From: Nitrososphaeraceae archaeon
GTDB lineage: Archaea; Thermoproteota; Nitrososphaeria; Nitrososphaerales; Nitrososphaeraceae
Direction of reading: 5' to 3'
Assembly (NCBI GenBank): GCA_050748485.1
Contig: JBOGPP010000106.1
Location: forward strand, 1,661 to 65,660
Length of the DNA stretch: 64,000 bases
In this document: positions 1 to 9,722 of the stretch, piece by piece
Numbering within the stretch: the first letter of the stretch is position 1
Layout of the letters: every line of letters starts with the position of its first letter
Position numbers and translations under genes: made by a program
The notes under the pieces: generated by a model
The model's input: only the letters and a program-made list of their open reading frames with translations
Databases searched by the model: none
Told to the model about the DNA's origin: nothing

Positions 1-1
1 C

Positions 2-1918
2 ATGAGCTTAAGAATTCTTAGACAGGAAGCGGTACAACTTTTAGAAAAAATACTGTCGGATAGAGACATTGACGACATAAATTACACCCTTACAGAACCC
101 ACGAACAGTGAATTCGGAGAGCTTACCAGCAATATTGCGTTCCTGCTTGCTCAACGATTGCGTAGTAAGCCTTATCTCATTGCAAGGGATTTGGTAGTAT
201 CTCTTTCAATACAACTAAAAAAACAAAGGACAAAGGGGTCACTACTCAAGACAATTGAAGCCCATCACTCCGGCCATATTAATTTCAGGGCTGCTTGGGA
301 TGTATTTCCGAAAGCAGTAATCAGTGAAATAGTAGATAGAAGTTATGGAAAATTTAACTTTGGAGGAGGAAGACGGGTCATTATTGAACATACAAGTGTA
401 AACCCTAACAAAGCGCTACATGTAGGACATTTGAGAAACATGATTATTGGAGATGTTTTATACAGAATTCTTTCAGCTGTAAATTATGACACAAGCGTAC
501 TCTACTATGTAGACGACTCTGGCCTTCAAGTAGCCGACATAGTTGTAGGATTTCTTTATGCTGGATTCCCCATCGAGCCCCCGGATCCAAAAACAAAGTT
601 CGACCAGTATTGTGGGAATGAAGTTTATGTGAAAATTAATGAAATGTACACCAAGAACCTAGATTTCCAACAAAAGCGAAGGTCAGTTTTGAAAAGCATT
701 GAAAAAGGTAGCTCTGAGTTATCAAAGTTCGCGAAGGATATCAGCCTACGCGTGTTGAGGGATCAACTGAAGACGTGCTGGAGCCTAAAAGTAAGATATG
801 ATCTACTCAATTTCGAATCAAACATTGTAGCTTCCAAGCTGTGGGAAAAAATGTTCGAAGCCTTAAAAAATAGAGGTATAGCTGTCCACGAAGATGAAGG
901 AAAAAATAGAGGTTGTTGGGTGATTAGAGGATCCGACGGAGACGACGACAAGGTGTTGATTAGAAGCGATGGGACCCTGACATATATTGCCAAGGATATA
1001 CCATACGCTGCGTGGAAACTGGGTTTATTTTCTGACCCCTTCCTTTATTACGCATTTTCAGAGCAGTGGGACACTTCAATTCTCTGGGCAGATACCCTTG
1101 ACAAATCGGTCGGTTCTACGCCAAGACGACCATTTGGGGGTGCAGAGAATGTAATTAACTTGATGGACTCGAGGCAATCGAAGCTACAAAATATAATCTC
1201 TAGTACCCTCTCGGCCATTGCTGATTATGACCAAGAACGGTATATGCATTTAAGCTACGAACCGGTTACACTTAGCTCTCGGACCGCTAAATCGTTAGGT
1301 ATCGACATTGGGAATACGTCTGCTCATATGTCAGGCAGAAAAGGAATTTACGTTGGCGCAGATCAGGTTATGGAAAGAGTTTACAAGAAGGCAAAGGAAG
1401 AAATCCAGAGTCGGCATCCGGATATGAGCGACTCAGAACTATCTGATATTTCTGAAAGTTTAGGTAGATCTGCCGTCCGTTATAATTTGATTAAACAGGA
1501 TTTGGAGCGGCCGATAGTGTTCGACCTGGAGGAGTCATTGAGCTTGGATGGTGACAGTGGGCCATATTTGCAATATGCATTCGCGAGATCTCAAAGATTG
1601 CTCGAAAAGGGAGAATTAATACATCCAAGCTTCAATCATACTGAACTTTTACATGATAAGGAGGTAAACTTGATTCGAGAATTGTCAAAAATGGACTTGA
1701 TTATCGAACAATGTTCATTACAAATGAACCCAAAGCTCGCAGCAAAGTATGCTCATAATCTTGCCGTAGCGTTTAATTTATTTTATGAGCAGGTACCCAT
1801 TCTGAAGGAGACTAAAGGATCTCTAGTATCTGCAAGGCTTCTATTAGTCAAGGCCTTCAACATCGTGATGAGACTAGTGCTAAACTATCTTGGTATTGAT
1901 CCATTGAATAGGATGTGA
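2..1918 (+). CDS. argS: Arginine--tRNA ligase
   Basis: Class I HIGH-type motif in EHTSVNPNKALHVGHLRN, MSGRKG (KMSKS equivalent), C-terminal DALR anticodon domain (GDSGPYLQYAFAR...FNLFYEQVPIL). Confidence 0.97.
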   Translation: MSLRILRQEAVQLLEKILSDRDIDDINYTLTEPTNSEFGELTSNIAFLLAQRLRSKPYLIARDLVVSLSIQLKKQRTKGSLLKTIEAHHSGHINFRAAWDVFPKAVISEIVDRSYGKFNFGGGRRVIIEHTSVNPNKALHVGHLRNMIIGDVLYRILSAVNYDTSVLYYVDDSGLQVADIVVGFLYAGFPIEPPDPKTKFDQYCGNEVYVKINEMYTKNLDFQQKRRSVLKSIEKGSSELSKFAKDISLRVLRDQLKTCWSLKVRYDLLNFESNIVASKLWEKMFEALKNRGIAVHEDEGKNRGCWVIRGSDGDDDKVLIRSDGTLTYIAKDIPYAAWKLGLFSDPFLYYAFSEQWDTSILWADTLDKSVGSTPRRPFGGAENVINLMDSRQSKLQNIISSTLSAIADYDQERYMHLSYEPVTLSSRTAKSLGIDIGNTSAHMSGRKGIYVGADQVMERVYKKAKEEIQSRHPDMSDSELSDISESLGRSAVRYNLIKQDLERPIVFDLEESLSLDGDSGPYLQYAFARSQRLLEKGELIHPSFNHTELLHDKEVNLIRELSKMDLIIEQCSLQMNPKLAAKYAHNLAVAFNLFYEQVPILKETKGSLVSARLLLVKAFNIVMRLVLNYLGIDPLNRM

Positions 1919-2537
1919 TGTTCAAAATTTTATGATAGCCTGCGGTATTCCCAAAAGGTATACACTGTCAATTCATGTTTTGCTCTGAATTTATACTCAA
2001 ATGTGTGACAGCCGTTGATCCTATTGGTTACTGTCGGGAAAAAGGAGTGCGTCTAACTAGGTATGAGCGCTTGTGAGTTCCATTGAATCATAAAACTATG
2101 CAAAACCAATAATCAAGCATATCAAGAACGTTCTCTATTATTAGATAGCACTCAATAAAATTAGGAAACTTTCGATAAGAGGCGAAGGAGTATTATATCA
2201 ATGAGAACTCTATGACACTTTCGTGTAACAAAACATGATAAATATACTAGAATCAGTTGCGGGCGGTTACTATTCCATAAGCACAAAAGAACCAATAGAG
2301 ATCGATATCTATTGTTCATTTCATTTTTTGCACCAGAAACACGAATCCTCATATTGCTCCCCCCTGTTAGCTGATATGGCGTTCCCTTTAATTAGCAACT
2401 TTAATTGAAAAATGACATTTAAACGGAACCATGAGAAGGACTCTCAATTCTGCAGTCATTTGATATTTTTTGAGTAACATTTTTTGTTCCTTATTGTTTC
2501 AATCTGCAACCCACATTGATTCCTCAATCGTATTAGT

Positions 2538-2570
2538 GCAGTTAGGTAGCAGTGAGGTAGCAGTTGGGTC
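2538..2570. repeat. Three tandem 11-bp imperfect repeats (GCAGTTAGGTA/GCAGTGAGGTA/GCAGTTGGGTC)
   Basis: Read directly from the intergenic sequence. Confidence 0.7.
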
Positions 2571-2663
2571 CAGGTAATTATGGCTAAAATCCTCTTGACA
2601 TCCAATCTACTGGATGTCTCGGTGTTGATTTTCCATCATATTCATCTGCAAAATTTAGTGCAA

Positions 2664-3254
2664 TTAACCATCCAAAGAAAATGCTGCAGATTGTTTCTGA
2701 GAAGAATAACCTCTGAGATATGCTTCGACTGTAAGGGTCGTATTGTACAGCTCATCTGCTTGGGAGTGGAATGTAAATGACGATCTCCCATTATTATCGG
2801 TTAGTCCACTAAAGAAATACGTAGAAACGCCACTTCCATTTGCTATCCAACCATCGATGCTAACTCCAGCAAGTTCAGCTGATGTCTCTGAGTCTAACGC
2901 AGAAAAATTAAGGTTTAGGGTTGTATTGCCAGATTCTTGAGCTGAAACACGGAGAACAAATTCTTTCAATTCTAATATTCGTGCAGTTTCATTCAGAACA
3001 TTTTGGGTGACATTGAGAATGACCTTATTCATTGCTACTGAAGTGAGTGCACCGATGGTAACAGGATTAGTAGTTGTGATAGTATCATTCATCCTTGAAT
3101 TGGTTGTGTTTTGAAAAGTGGAAACTGCCAGATTTTCCTGGCTAATATTTTGGATCAATGATTGTACCTGCTCTTGAGAATTAGCATGTGTACAGAATAG
3201 TGCGAGAGGACAAATCAGGTATATAATTAGCGTAATTAAACTGCCGCGCATCAA
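2664..3254 (-). CDS. Secreted/surface protein, Asn/Thr-rich, possible C-terminal Ig-like beta domain
   Basis: N-terminal hydrophobic signal peptide, nine N-x-S/T sequons, and a C-terminal GLTDNNGRSSFTF motif typical of Ig-like/carboxypeptidase-regulatory folds. Confidence 0.7.
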   Translation of the reverse strand: MMRGSLITLIIYLICPLALFCTHANSQEQVQSLIQNISQENLAVSTFQNTTNSRMNDTITTTNPVTIGALTSVAMNKVILNVTQNVLNETARILELKEFVLRVSAQESGNTTLNLNFSALDSETSAELAGVSIDGWIANGSGVSTYFFSGLTDNNGRSSFTFHSQADELYNTTLTVEAYLRGYSSQKQSAAFSLDG

Positions 3255-3334
3255 TTTAAATATTCTATAGGCTACTTCAATCTGTTATAAAAATACTGGC
3301 AATCTATAGACTGTCATTTGGCTCATTAGGGGGG

Positions 3335-3940
3335 TTATCTGATCAACAGAGAGTCTATAATATTTTGGGCCGTTCTGGGATTGAAATAGGCTGATGGTTC
3401 AGCAGAATACGAAACCGCAATCCATTTGTTATCTTTAACTGTCCACGCCTGAGTCTGTTTACCTTCTGACTGATTCCCAGCTATAGTGTATGTTATTTTG
3501 TAGGCTGGAAGTCCTGAAACTATTGTAGAAACAGCTTCTTGCAGAGTAAAGCTATTTAAATTTCTCGCGAGAGTTAGAACGGTAGAATTAGTGAATTTAT
3601 CGAGCGAATCAGGTTCCATGTTGTGAGGAGATGATACAACAATGTTTGCATTTTCTGCATATCCAAGTGTTCCGTTAATCCCGGTATGGTAAAAGTCCAC
3701 GAGTATATTGTTACCCGAAATATTTCCAAGTTGCTCAAGTACATTCCAATTTGAAGGGTATTTGATTCGGACGCTCGAACTCGTATCTTCAAAAATCAAA
3801 TAATTAATGTTGCTTGAATTCTCTTCAAAGTCAAAGAAAACTTGTCCTATAACAACAAATCCATCCTATATTTCCAATGAATTCAATATCACAAACAATA
3901 ACCCGCCAAATAGGGCCGCCCAAATAATAAAGGAATTCAA
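3335..3940 (-). pseudogene. PsbP-like secreted protein interrupted by an in-frame TAG at 3866-3868 (intact downstream ORF 3335-3799)
   Basis: IKYPSNW...VSGLPAYKITYT...WTVKDNKWIAVSYSAEP is the PsbP/DUF1795-like signature. The same frame extends upstream through one TAG into a hydrophobic signal-like segment starting at TTG 3940. Confidence 0.6.
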
Positions 3941-4073
3941 ATCTAGTTAGTCCCCTACTACGAATGAAGCTTTTTGATCCAATTTCAATATTCCTATTTC
4001 TGTGGTCGTGGTAAATTAGACTATGATTTACATTTGGATTAAATAGACTAGAACATTATAAAGATTAACACAG

Positions 4074-4811
4074 TTGATTATAGCATTCAGACAGATCGTC
4101 ATCATAGCCTATATGACTGGAATCTTATGGCTGAGGAGAAATCCACTTTCGATGTTGTTTTCAGCGATAAGTCCATTCTCAATTCTATTTGTCCTTTTTG
4201 TAGTAAGCAATGGTGAGTATACGGACCTTGCAATCGCAGGAAGTCTTGTCATGGCAACTGTTGGTTATGGCCTAGCGCTCGGACAAGATATTTCATTTTA
4301 CAAAACTGAATACAAAATTCAAGATATCTTCGTCGCAGCACCAGTGTCCCCCCTCACATACATGACTGGACTCGCATTGTCCGAATTGTTGTTTGGTCTC
4401 CCTGCATTGATCGCGCTTACAACCTTAGCCGCATTGTTCGGAGAGAATTTATCAACTTTGCCATTGCTGATTTGTAGCATACTCTTGACTTGGGGGGCAA
4501 TGTCTGCAATGGGTTTTTTCTTGTCTTCTCACATGCTACATATGCGAAATGCAACACAAATTATCTCTTTTGTAAATGTGATACTAGCGGTAATTCCGCC
4601 AGTGTATTATTCTATCGAACGACTTCCGTTGAATCTCCAATACTTTGCTTATTTGGTGCCTACGACTCACGCATCTTTGATGATACAGGATAGTATGGGA
4701 CTCGTCACACCCGAAGCCTGGTCAATATACTTGGGATTAGCAGTTCAATCCGCATATCTGATAGGCTTTTTAGCTTTAGCCAGGGCGCGTGCAGTTTGGA
4801 GGGATTTGTAG
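4074..4811 (+). CDS. ABC-2 type transporter permease
   Basis: About six hydrophobic helices; PPVYYSIERLPLNLQYFAYLVPTTHA matches the ABC-2 membrane domain. Confidence 0.85.
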   Translation: MIIAFRQIVIIAYMTGILWLRRNPLSMLFSAISPFSILFVLFVVSNGEYTDLAIAGSLVMATVGYGLALGQDISFYKTEYKIQDIFVAAPVSPLTYMTGLALSELLFGLPALIALTTLAALFGENLSTLPLLICSILLTWGAMSAMGFFLSSHMLHMRNATQIISFVNVILAVIPPVYYSIERLPLNLQYFAYLVPTTHASLMIQDSMGLVTPEAWSIYLGLAVQSAYLIGFLALARARAVWRDL

Positions 4812-4902
4812 TGATTCGCTTTAATGCCCCACGCCTAATCTTCTCTTTCATATGAAGATTTTGGGAGTCCAAGAACGTGGGCCGTATAATACGCAATTTT
4901 CT

Positions 4903-5166
4903 TCAAACATCTAAATTATTATCTAAGCATACCATTTCCTTAAGATCGTTATATAGAGTCAGAAATTCTGTACCCTTGACAGTCATTATAAATTCAAGAA
5001 AGTATGGATCGAATGAGATAAGGTCGTTGTACTCTAATTCGATTAACCCTTCAGAAATATATGAACTGTATTTATCAAGCATTTTCTCTATCTTCTGAAT
5101 CTTCAATCTTCCTGTGCAATCCGAGAAGGAGAGTATATCCGCCACTAAATCTAGACCGTTGTACAT
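4903..5166 (-). CDS. Small winged helix-turn-helix protein (archaeal ArsR/ArnR1-like)
   Basis: LVADILS...EGLIE...MTVKGTEFLTLY resembles the wing motif (Y/F-x-x-T-x-K-G) of small archaeal wHTH proteins. Confidence 0.55.
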   Translation of the reverse strand: MYNGLDLVADILSFSDCTGRLKIQKIEKMLDKYSSYISEGLIELEYNDLISFDPYFLEFIMTVKGTEFLTLYNDLKEMVCLDNNLDV

Positions 5167-5368
5167 CGGTTACGATACTCAAATCATACCCGAAATAAAA
5201 GGAGCACCCAGACAAATATGAGAATATTGTGACTCACATTTCCCTAACCAGCCTTTTATGTTACATCGATCAGGCATACGATAAAGGAAGAATACAATTT
5301 TACTAGGAACAATGCAATACGTTAGTTGAATAGTTCTGTCTATCTATGAAGAAAATGGAATCAATTGG

Positions 5369-5710
5369 TCAGTAGCCTAACCTCTTTCGTTCTCGATTTA
5401 CATAATTCTTATTCATGTATTCCTCTAATACTTTCTGTGGAGTCATTTCCAGCTCAATAGCCGCCTGGATTACAAAATGCAGTATGTCAATCAATTCAGT
5501 CTGCGCCTTGCCAGTTTCAAAGATAGTAGGTTTTTTCCACCACTTCCAACTAGTGAGGTCTTGTAACTCGATGGCCTCGTGAATGACCGCTGTCATAAGT
5601 GCTGAAACCCTTTCATCGGTCTTTTTTGGATACCTATCTAGTCCCAAATAATCCACTAATTTCCTCTGTTCGTCAAAAATCTTTTCTAACGCATCTTCAT
5701 ATTGATCCAT
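5369..5710 (-). CDS. All-alpha (dimeric-type) dUTP diphosphatase, MazG-like superfamily
   Basis: HEAIEL, WKWWK, ELIDILHF and KNYVNRER motifs of the dUTPase_2 family. Confidence 0.85.
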   Translation of the reverse strand: MDQYEDALEKIFDEQRKLVDYLGLDRYPKKTDERVSALMTAVIHEAIELQDLTSWKWWKKPTIFETGKAQTELIDILHFVIQAAIELEMTPQKVLEEYMNKNYVNRERKRLGY

Positions 5711-5866
5711 TCCAATCTTAGTCAGTTCTCCTGCCTATATGAGAACTTCTAAGCAATGGAAGGTATGGGCAAAATTAAAGTTATAGTATACTATTTTATA
5801 GCTGGACTACAAAGGAACCTTTTTATTGTAGCCTGTATGCTTTCACTTCCAAAGTGATTAATTGAA

Positions 5867-6121
5867 TTGTCATCCCCTGCAGCATCACAGCAATCCAAAA
5901 GACCATTGACCACATTACAGCGTTCAGTAAATAGGCGAGTGGCAGTACGATTGAAAAGTGAAATAGAATATCGAGGGAGGATGAGCAATGTAGATACCTA
6001 TATGAATTTGATATTGGTTGATGCTGAGGAATTCAATCGACAGGATTTGTTAGCAAATTATGGAAAGGTAGTAATTCGCGGAAATAATGTCCTATTTATA
6101 AGACTGGAAAAGGACCTTTAA
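5867..6121 (+). CDS. LSm/Sm-like RNA-binding protein (SmAP)
   Basis: Sm1 (VRLK..EYRG..NVDTYMNLIL.DAEE) and Sm2 (YGKVVIRGNNV) motifs. Confidence 0.95.
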   Translation: MSSPAASQQSKRPLTTLQRSVNRRVAVRLKSEIEYRGRMSNVDTYMNLILVDAEEFNRQDLLANYGKVVIRGNNVLFIRLEKDL

Positions 6122-6157
6122 TGGTAATCTTGTGAGAATTAAGGTACATGGGGAGTA

Positions 6158-7318
6158 ATGGTAAGAAGGTATATATTCACTTCAGAAAGTGTAACAGAAG
6201 GTCACCCTGACAAGATATGCGATCAGGTTTCAGATTCTATTTTAGATGAGTTTCTTGCAAGTGACTCAGAGTCTAGGGTCGCTGTAGAGTCGTTAACTTC
6301 AACTGGAATAGTTTTCGTCGCAGGAGAGGTAACATCAAGACGAAGGGTCGATATACAGAAGGCGGTGAGAACAGTAATACGTGAGATCGGATATGATCGG
6401 CCTGAATACGGGTTTGATTCCGAATCTTGTTCAGTGATCGAATCTATACACGAACAAAGTCCCGATATTTCTTTGGGAGTAACTCCGAGTAAGCAAAGAG
6501 AGCAGGGAGCAGGTGATCAGGGCCTAATGTTTGGATATGCAACTAATGAAACCGCGGAACTCATGCCGCTACCTATTATTATGGCCCACAAACTCTCAAT
6601 GAAGCTGTCTGCGCTCAGAAAGCAAAAAAAACTTGGTTGGATTAGACCTGATGGTAAATCCCAGGTTTCAGTGGTTTACGAAGGTACAAAGCCGGTGAGG
6701 ATAGATACTGTAGTGATTTCAACACAACATGCCCCAGACATAAGCCTGAGCCAATTGAGGGAGGAGATTGTAAGTAAGGTGATAAAGGAGATCTGCTCAG
6801 ATTGGATAACTCCAAATTCGAAATTCTTGGTCAATCCGACTGGGAGATTTGTCATAGGCGGGCCTATGGCTGACACTGGTTTGACCGGAAGGAAGGTAAT
6901 CGCGGACACTTATGGGGGTGCCGGCAGACATGGTGGAGGAGCATTTTCAGGCAAGGATCCTTCTAAAGTTGATCGGTCTGCATGCTATATGGCTAGGTAT
7001 ATAGCTAAGAACATAGTGGCTGCTGGGCTTGCTGACAAATGTGAAGTACAACTCGCGTACGCAATCGGTTTGCCCGATCCTGTTTCTGTGATGGTGAATA
7101 CCTTTGGAACGTCTAGAATCGACGACGAGCTAATCGAGGGACGAGTCAGAGATTCGTTTGAAATGAAGCCCGCGGATATAATTCGGATTCTAAATTTGAA
7201 AAGGCCAATTTATAAAAAGACAGCAGCATACGGCCACTTCGGAAGAAACGAACCTGAATTTACATGGGAGAGGATTGATAAATTGACAGATTTGGCTCGT
7301 GGAACTATTAATAGCTGA
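6158..7318 (+). CDS. metK: S-adenosylmethionine synthetase (bacterial/eukaryotic type)
   Basis: [35 protein letters not shown] and TAAYGHFG motifs. Confidence 0.98.
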   Translation: MVRRYIFTSESVTEGHPDKICDQVSDSILDEFLASDSESRVAVESLTSTGIVFVAGEVTSRRRVDIQKAVRTVIREIGYDRPEYGFDSESCSVIESIHEQSPDISLGVTPSKQREQGAGDQGLMFGYATNETAELMPLPIIMAHKLSMKLSALRKQKKLGWIRPDGKSQVSVVYEGTKPVRIDTVVISTQHAPDISLSQLREEIVSKVIKEICSDWITPNSKFLVNPTGRFVIGGPMADTGLTGRKVIADTYGGAGRHGGGAFSGKDPSKVDRSACYMARYIAKNIVAAGLADKCEVQLAYAIGLPDPVSVMVNTFGTSRIDDELIEGRVRDSFEMKPADIIRILNLKRPIYKKTAAYGHFGRNEPEFTWERIDKLTDLARGTINS

Positions 7319-7442
7319 CATGAACATCATAGCCCCAGCTAAGAGATGAAGATTGACTATTTGGAATTCGAATATGCTATAGTTTAGACCATCCAGAATG
7401 TTAACATTTACAATATGTGCTAACTATTCTTGTGAGACTTGA

Positions 7443-8216
7443 TTGGCCATGGTTAAGAAAGTCGTTCTCGTCACCGGTTCATCAAGGGGGATTGGGTTCG
7501 CCATATCTAAAGAATTTGCTGAAAATCAGGGGTCTACTGTGTTAGTATGTTCTAGAAATATCAATGATGCTATCAGAGCGTCACAAAGGATTAAAGGAAA
7601 TACTCATGCTGTTCAATTGGATGTTACGAAAGAGAAAGACATCAAATCAGTTGTGAGAGCAGTCGAATCAGATTATGGGGGTATAGATACACTGGTGAAC
7701 AGTGCTGGGTACAAGTTCGATAGGGCGATCTGGTACAAGAAGTATCATCAGATGACCGATCGGGCTTTGGACGCTATTTTAGAAGTTGATCTCAAGGGCA
7801 CAATTCATATGACTAGAGCATTCCTTCCGAGCATGATAAGGAAAACTAGTCGCTCCGGTGGTGCTTCAGGCGTAATAATTAATATCGCTTCTACTCCTGC
7901 CTTGTCAGGTCAAAAGGAAGGGGCACCTTACACTATAGCCAAGGCAGCCGTTGTTGCTGTGACCAAGCACATCGCATTAGAATATGGAAATAAAAAAATT
8001 AGAGCGTATACTCTTGCATTAGGAAATATTGCAACAGATGCCACGTATTTTGCTATGACGAAGCGAGACAGGAATAAGGCAGTTAGTGAACCGGCGATGA
8101 AAAGATGGGGTTCTGTGGAGGAGGTCGCCAAAGTAGCAGCATGCTTAGGGAGTGAAAGCTTTTCGTATACTACAGGAAATACTATAGTAATCGACGGCGG
8201 TAAAGTCATTGTTTAA
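7443..8216 (+). CDS. Short-chain dehydrogenase/reductase (FabG-like)
   Basis: TGSSRGIG Rossmann motif, NSAG, IINIAS, YxxxK (YTIAK), C-terminal TG..I.IDGG. Confidence 0.92.
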   Translation: MAMVKKVVLVTGSSRGIGFAISKEFAENQGSTVLVCSRNINDAIRASQRIKGNTHAVQLDVTKEKDIKSVVRAVESDYGGIDTLVNSAGYKFDRAIWYKKYHQMTDRALDAILEVDLKGTIHMTRAFLPSMIRKTSRSGGASGVIINIASTPALSGQKEGAPYTIAKAAVVAVTKHIALEYGNKKIRAYTLALGNIATDATYFAMTKRDRNKAVSEPAMKRWGSVEEVAKVAACLGSESFSYTTGNTIVIDGGKVIV

Positions 8217-8334
8217 GAATCATATATCCAGTTCGGGAATAATGAAAGAGAGATATTCAGCGAATGGCCTTAGATAGCTAGATGGTTGCGAGTATATTAG
8301 GGAGGATGCAAACTACTCCTCTGTTGACGTCAAA

Positions 8335-9435
8335 TTGAAGGTCAAAAGTTCCTCCCTTAGAAAGGGATATACAACTGGGACCTCAGCTGCGGCTGCCACC
8401 AAAGCAGCATTGATTCGACTTCTATTGGAGAAGGAAGTAAAATGTGTGGAAGTTGCATTACCAAAGGGAGGAAAGATCGTTATATATATTGAATGGACTC
8501 AAGTTGGTAACGGATACGTGACCTGCGCTGTCACGAAGGATGGTGGAGACGACCCAGATGCCACCCACGGCGCGCAGATCCTGTCTACTGTTTCATTAAA
8601 CAATAACGTCGGTGCTATCCAAATAGATGGAGGACAAGGAGTTGGACGTGTAACAAAGCCTGGTTTAGGACTTCCAATAGGAGCAGCTGCGATAAATCCT
8701 GTGCCATCCATGATGATCAAGGCAGCTGCTTTGGAGATTGCAGAGAGGCTGCTTGAAACAAGAGGAATTAGTGTAACAATATCGGTACCAACGGGGGATG
8801 CCATAGCGCAAAAAACCGATAATCCGCGGTTAGGGATTCTGGGTGGAATATCGATACTGGGAACAACGGGCATTGTTATTCCCTATTCCACGGCTTCGTT
8901 CGCCGCATCGATCAGACAAAGCTTGGATGTAGCACTAGCTATGGGTGTTGACACAGTTGCGTTAACAACTGGAGGTAGGAGTGAAGAGTTCGTTAAAAAG
9001 CTGTATAATGACAAACTCCCAGAACATTCCCTTATACAGATGGGGGATTTTGTAGGGTACGCCATAATGCAGTGTCGAATCAAGAAAGTGAAGAATGTCA
9101 TCATCGCTGGCTTTATTGGGAAGCTTACTAAAATAGCGATGGGAGTAAAACAGACTCACGTAAAAGGTTCACACGTTGACATGGAGTTCATGGCAAATCT
9201 TGCGTCGGATTGTGATTGCTCCTCCGATATTCAATCCAAAATACTGAATGCCAATACAGCGCGTCACGTTCAAGAGATAATAAATGCACATAGAATATCA
9301 GGGTACTTTGACATGATATGCAACCGCGCTCATACAGCATTGATCAAAGATAACGAACCTTCATTGAATCTCCAAATTGTAATGTTTGATTTCGATGGAA
9401 AGGTGTGTGGCTGTTACCCGACAAAAAAATTATAA
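8335..9435 (+). CDS. cbiD: Cobalt-precorrin-5B (C1)-methyltransferase
   Basis: LRKGYTTGTSAAAA, KDGGDDPDATHG, GVGRVTKPGL, AAINPVP and LGILGGISILGTTG motifs. Confidence 0.96.
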   Translation: MKVKSSSLRKGYTTGTSAAAATKAALIRLLLEKEVKCVEVALPKGGKIVIYIEWTQVGNGYVTCAVTKDGGDDPDATHGAQILSTVSLNNNVGAIQIDGGQGVGRVTKPGLGLPIGAAAINPVPSMMIKAAALEIAERLLETRGISVTISVPTGDAIAQKTDNPRLGILGGISILGTTGIVIPYSTASFAASIRQSLDVALAMGVDTVALTTGGRSEEFVKKLYNDKLPEHSLIQMGDFVGYAIMQCRIKKVKNVIIAGFIGKLTKIAMGVKQTHVKGSHVDMEFMANLASDCDCSSDIQSKILNANTARHVQEIINAHRISGYFDMICNRAHTALIKDNEPSLNLQIVMFDFDGKVCGCYPTKKL

Positions 9436-9722
9436 CCTCTCCTTTTTATATTGGAAATAGATAATTCTCTCACACTCATTATGGCAACAGTGGATGGTCA
9501 TGTTTGAACGAAGATTCAGAAAAGTATTGGTTAATCAATAATATTCAGCGATGATCATATCTTAAACTTCATCTACTGAACCGGTGATTATAACCCAATT
9601 CCACAAGTGTGCTAAGGATGATATCTTAGTGAATCCTGCCTGAACGTAAGCTCTAGCAAAAGGGTCAGAGATAGGAGTTTTTCCTGTATCTCAATCGCGT
9701 AGATTTCAACGGTTCTCTCACT

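Noticed and set aside
3866-3868. Genome-wide amber reassignment (pyrrolysine-like)
   Set aside because: Several conserved genes end at TAG at their expected C-terminus (fixCX ...YKYG, FNR ...FESYG), and no pyl genes are present.
8217-9722. Cobalamin riboswitch before cbi genes
   Set aside because: No B12-box or GGGAA/GCCACUG core in either intergenic region.
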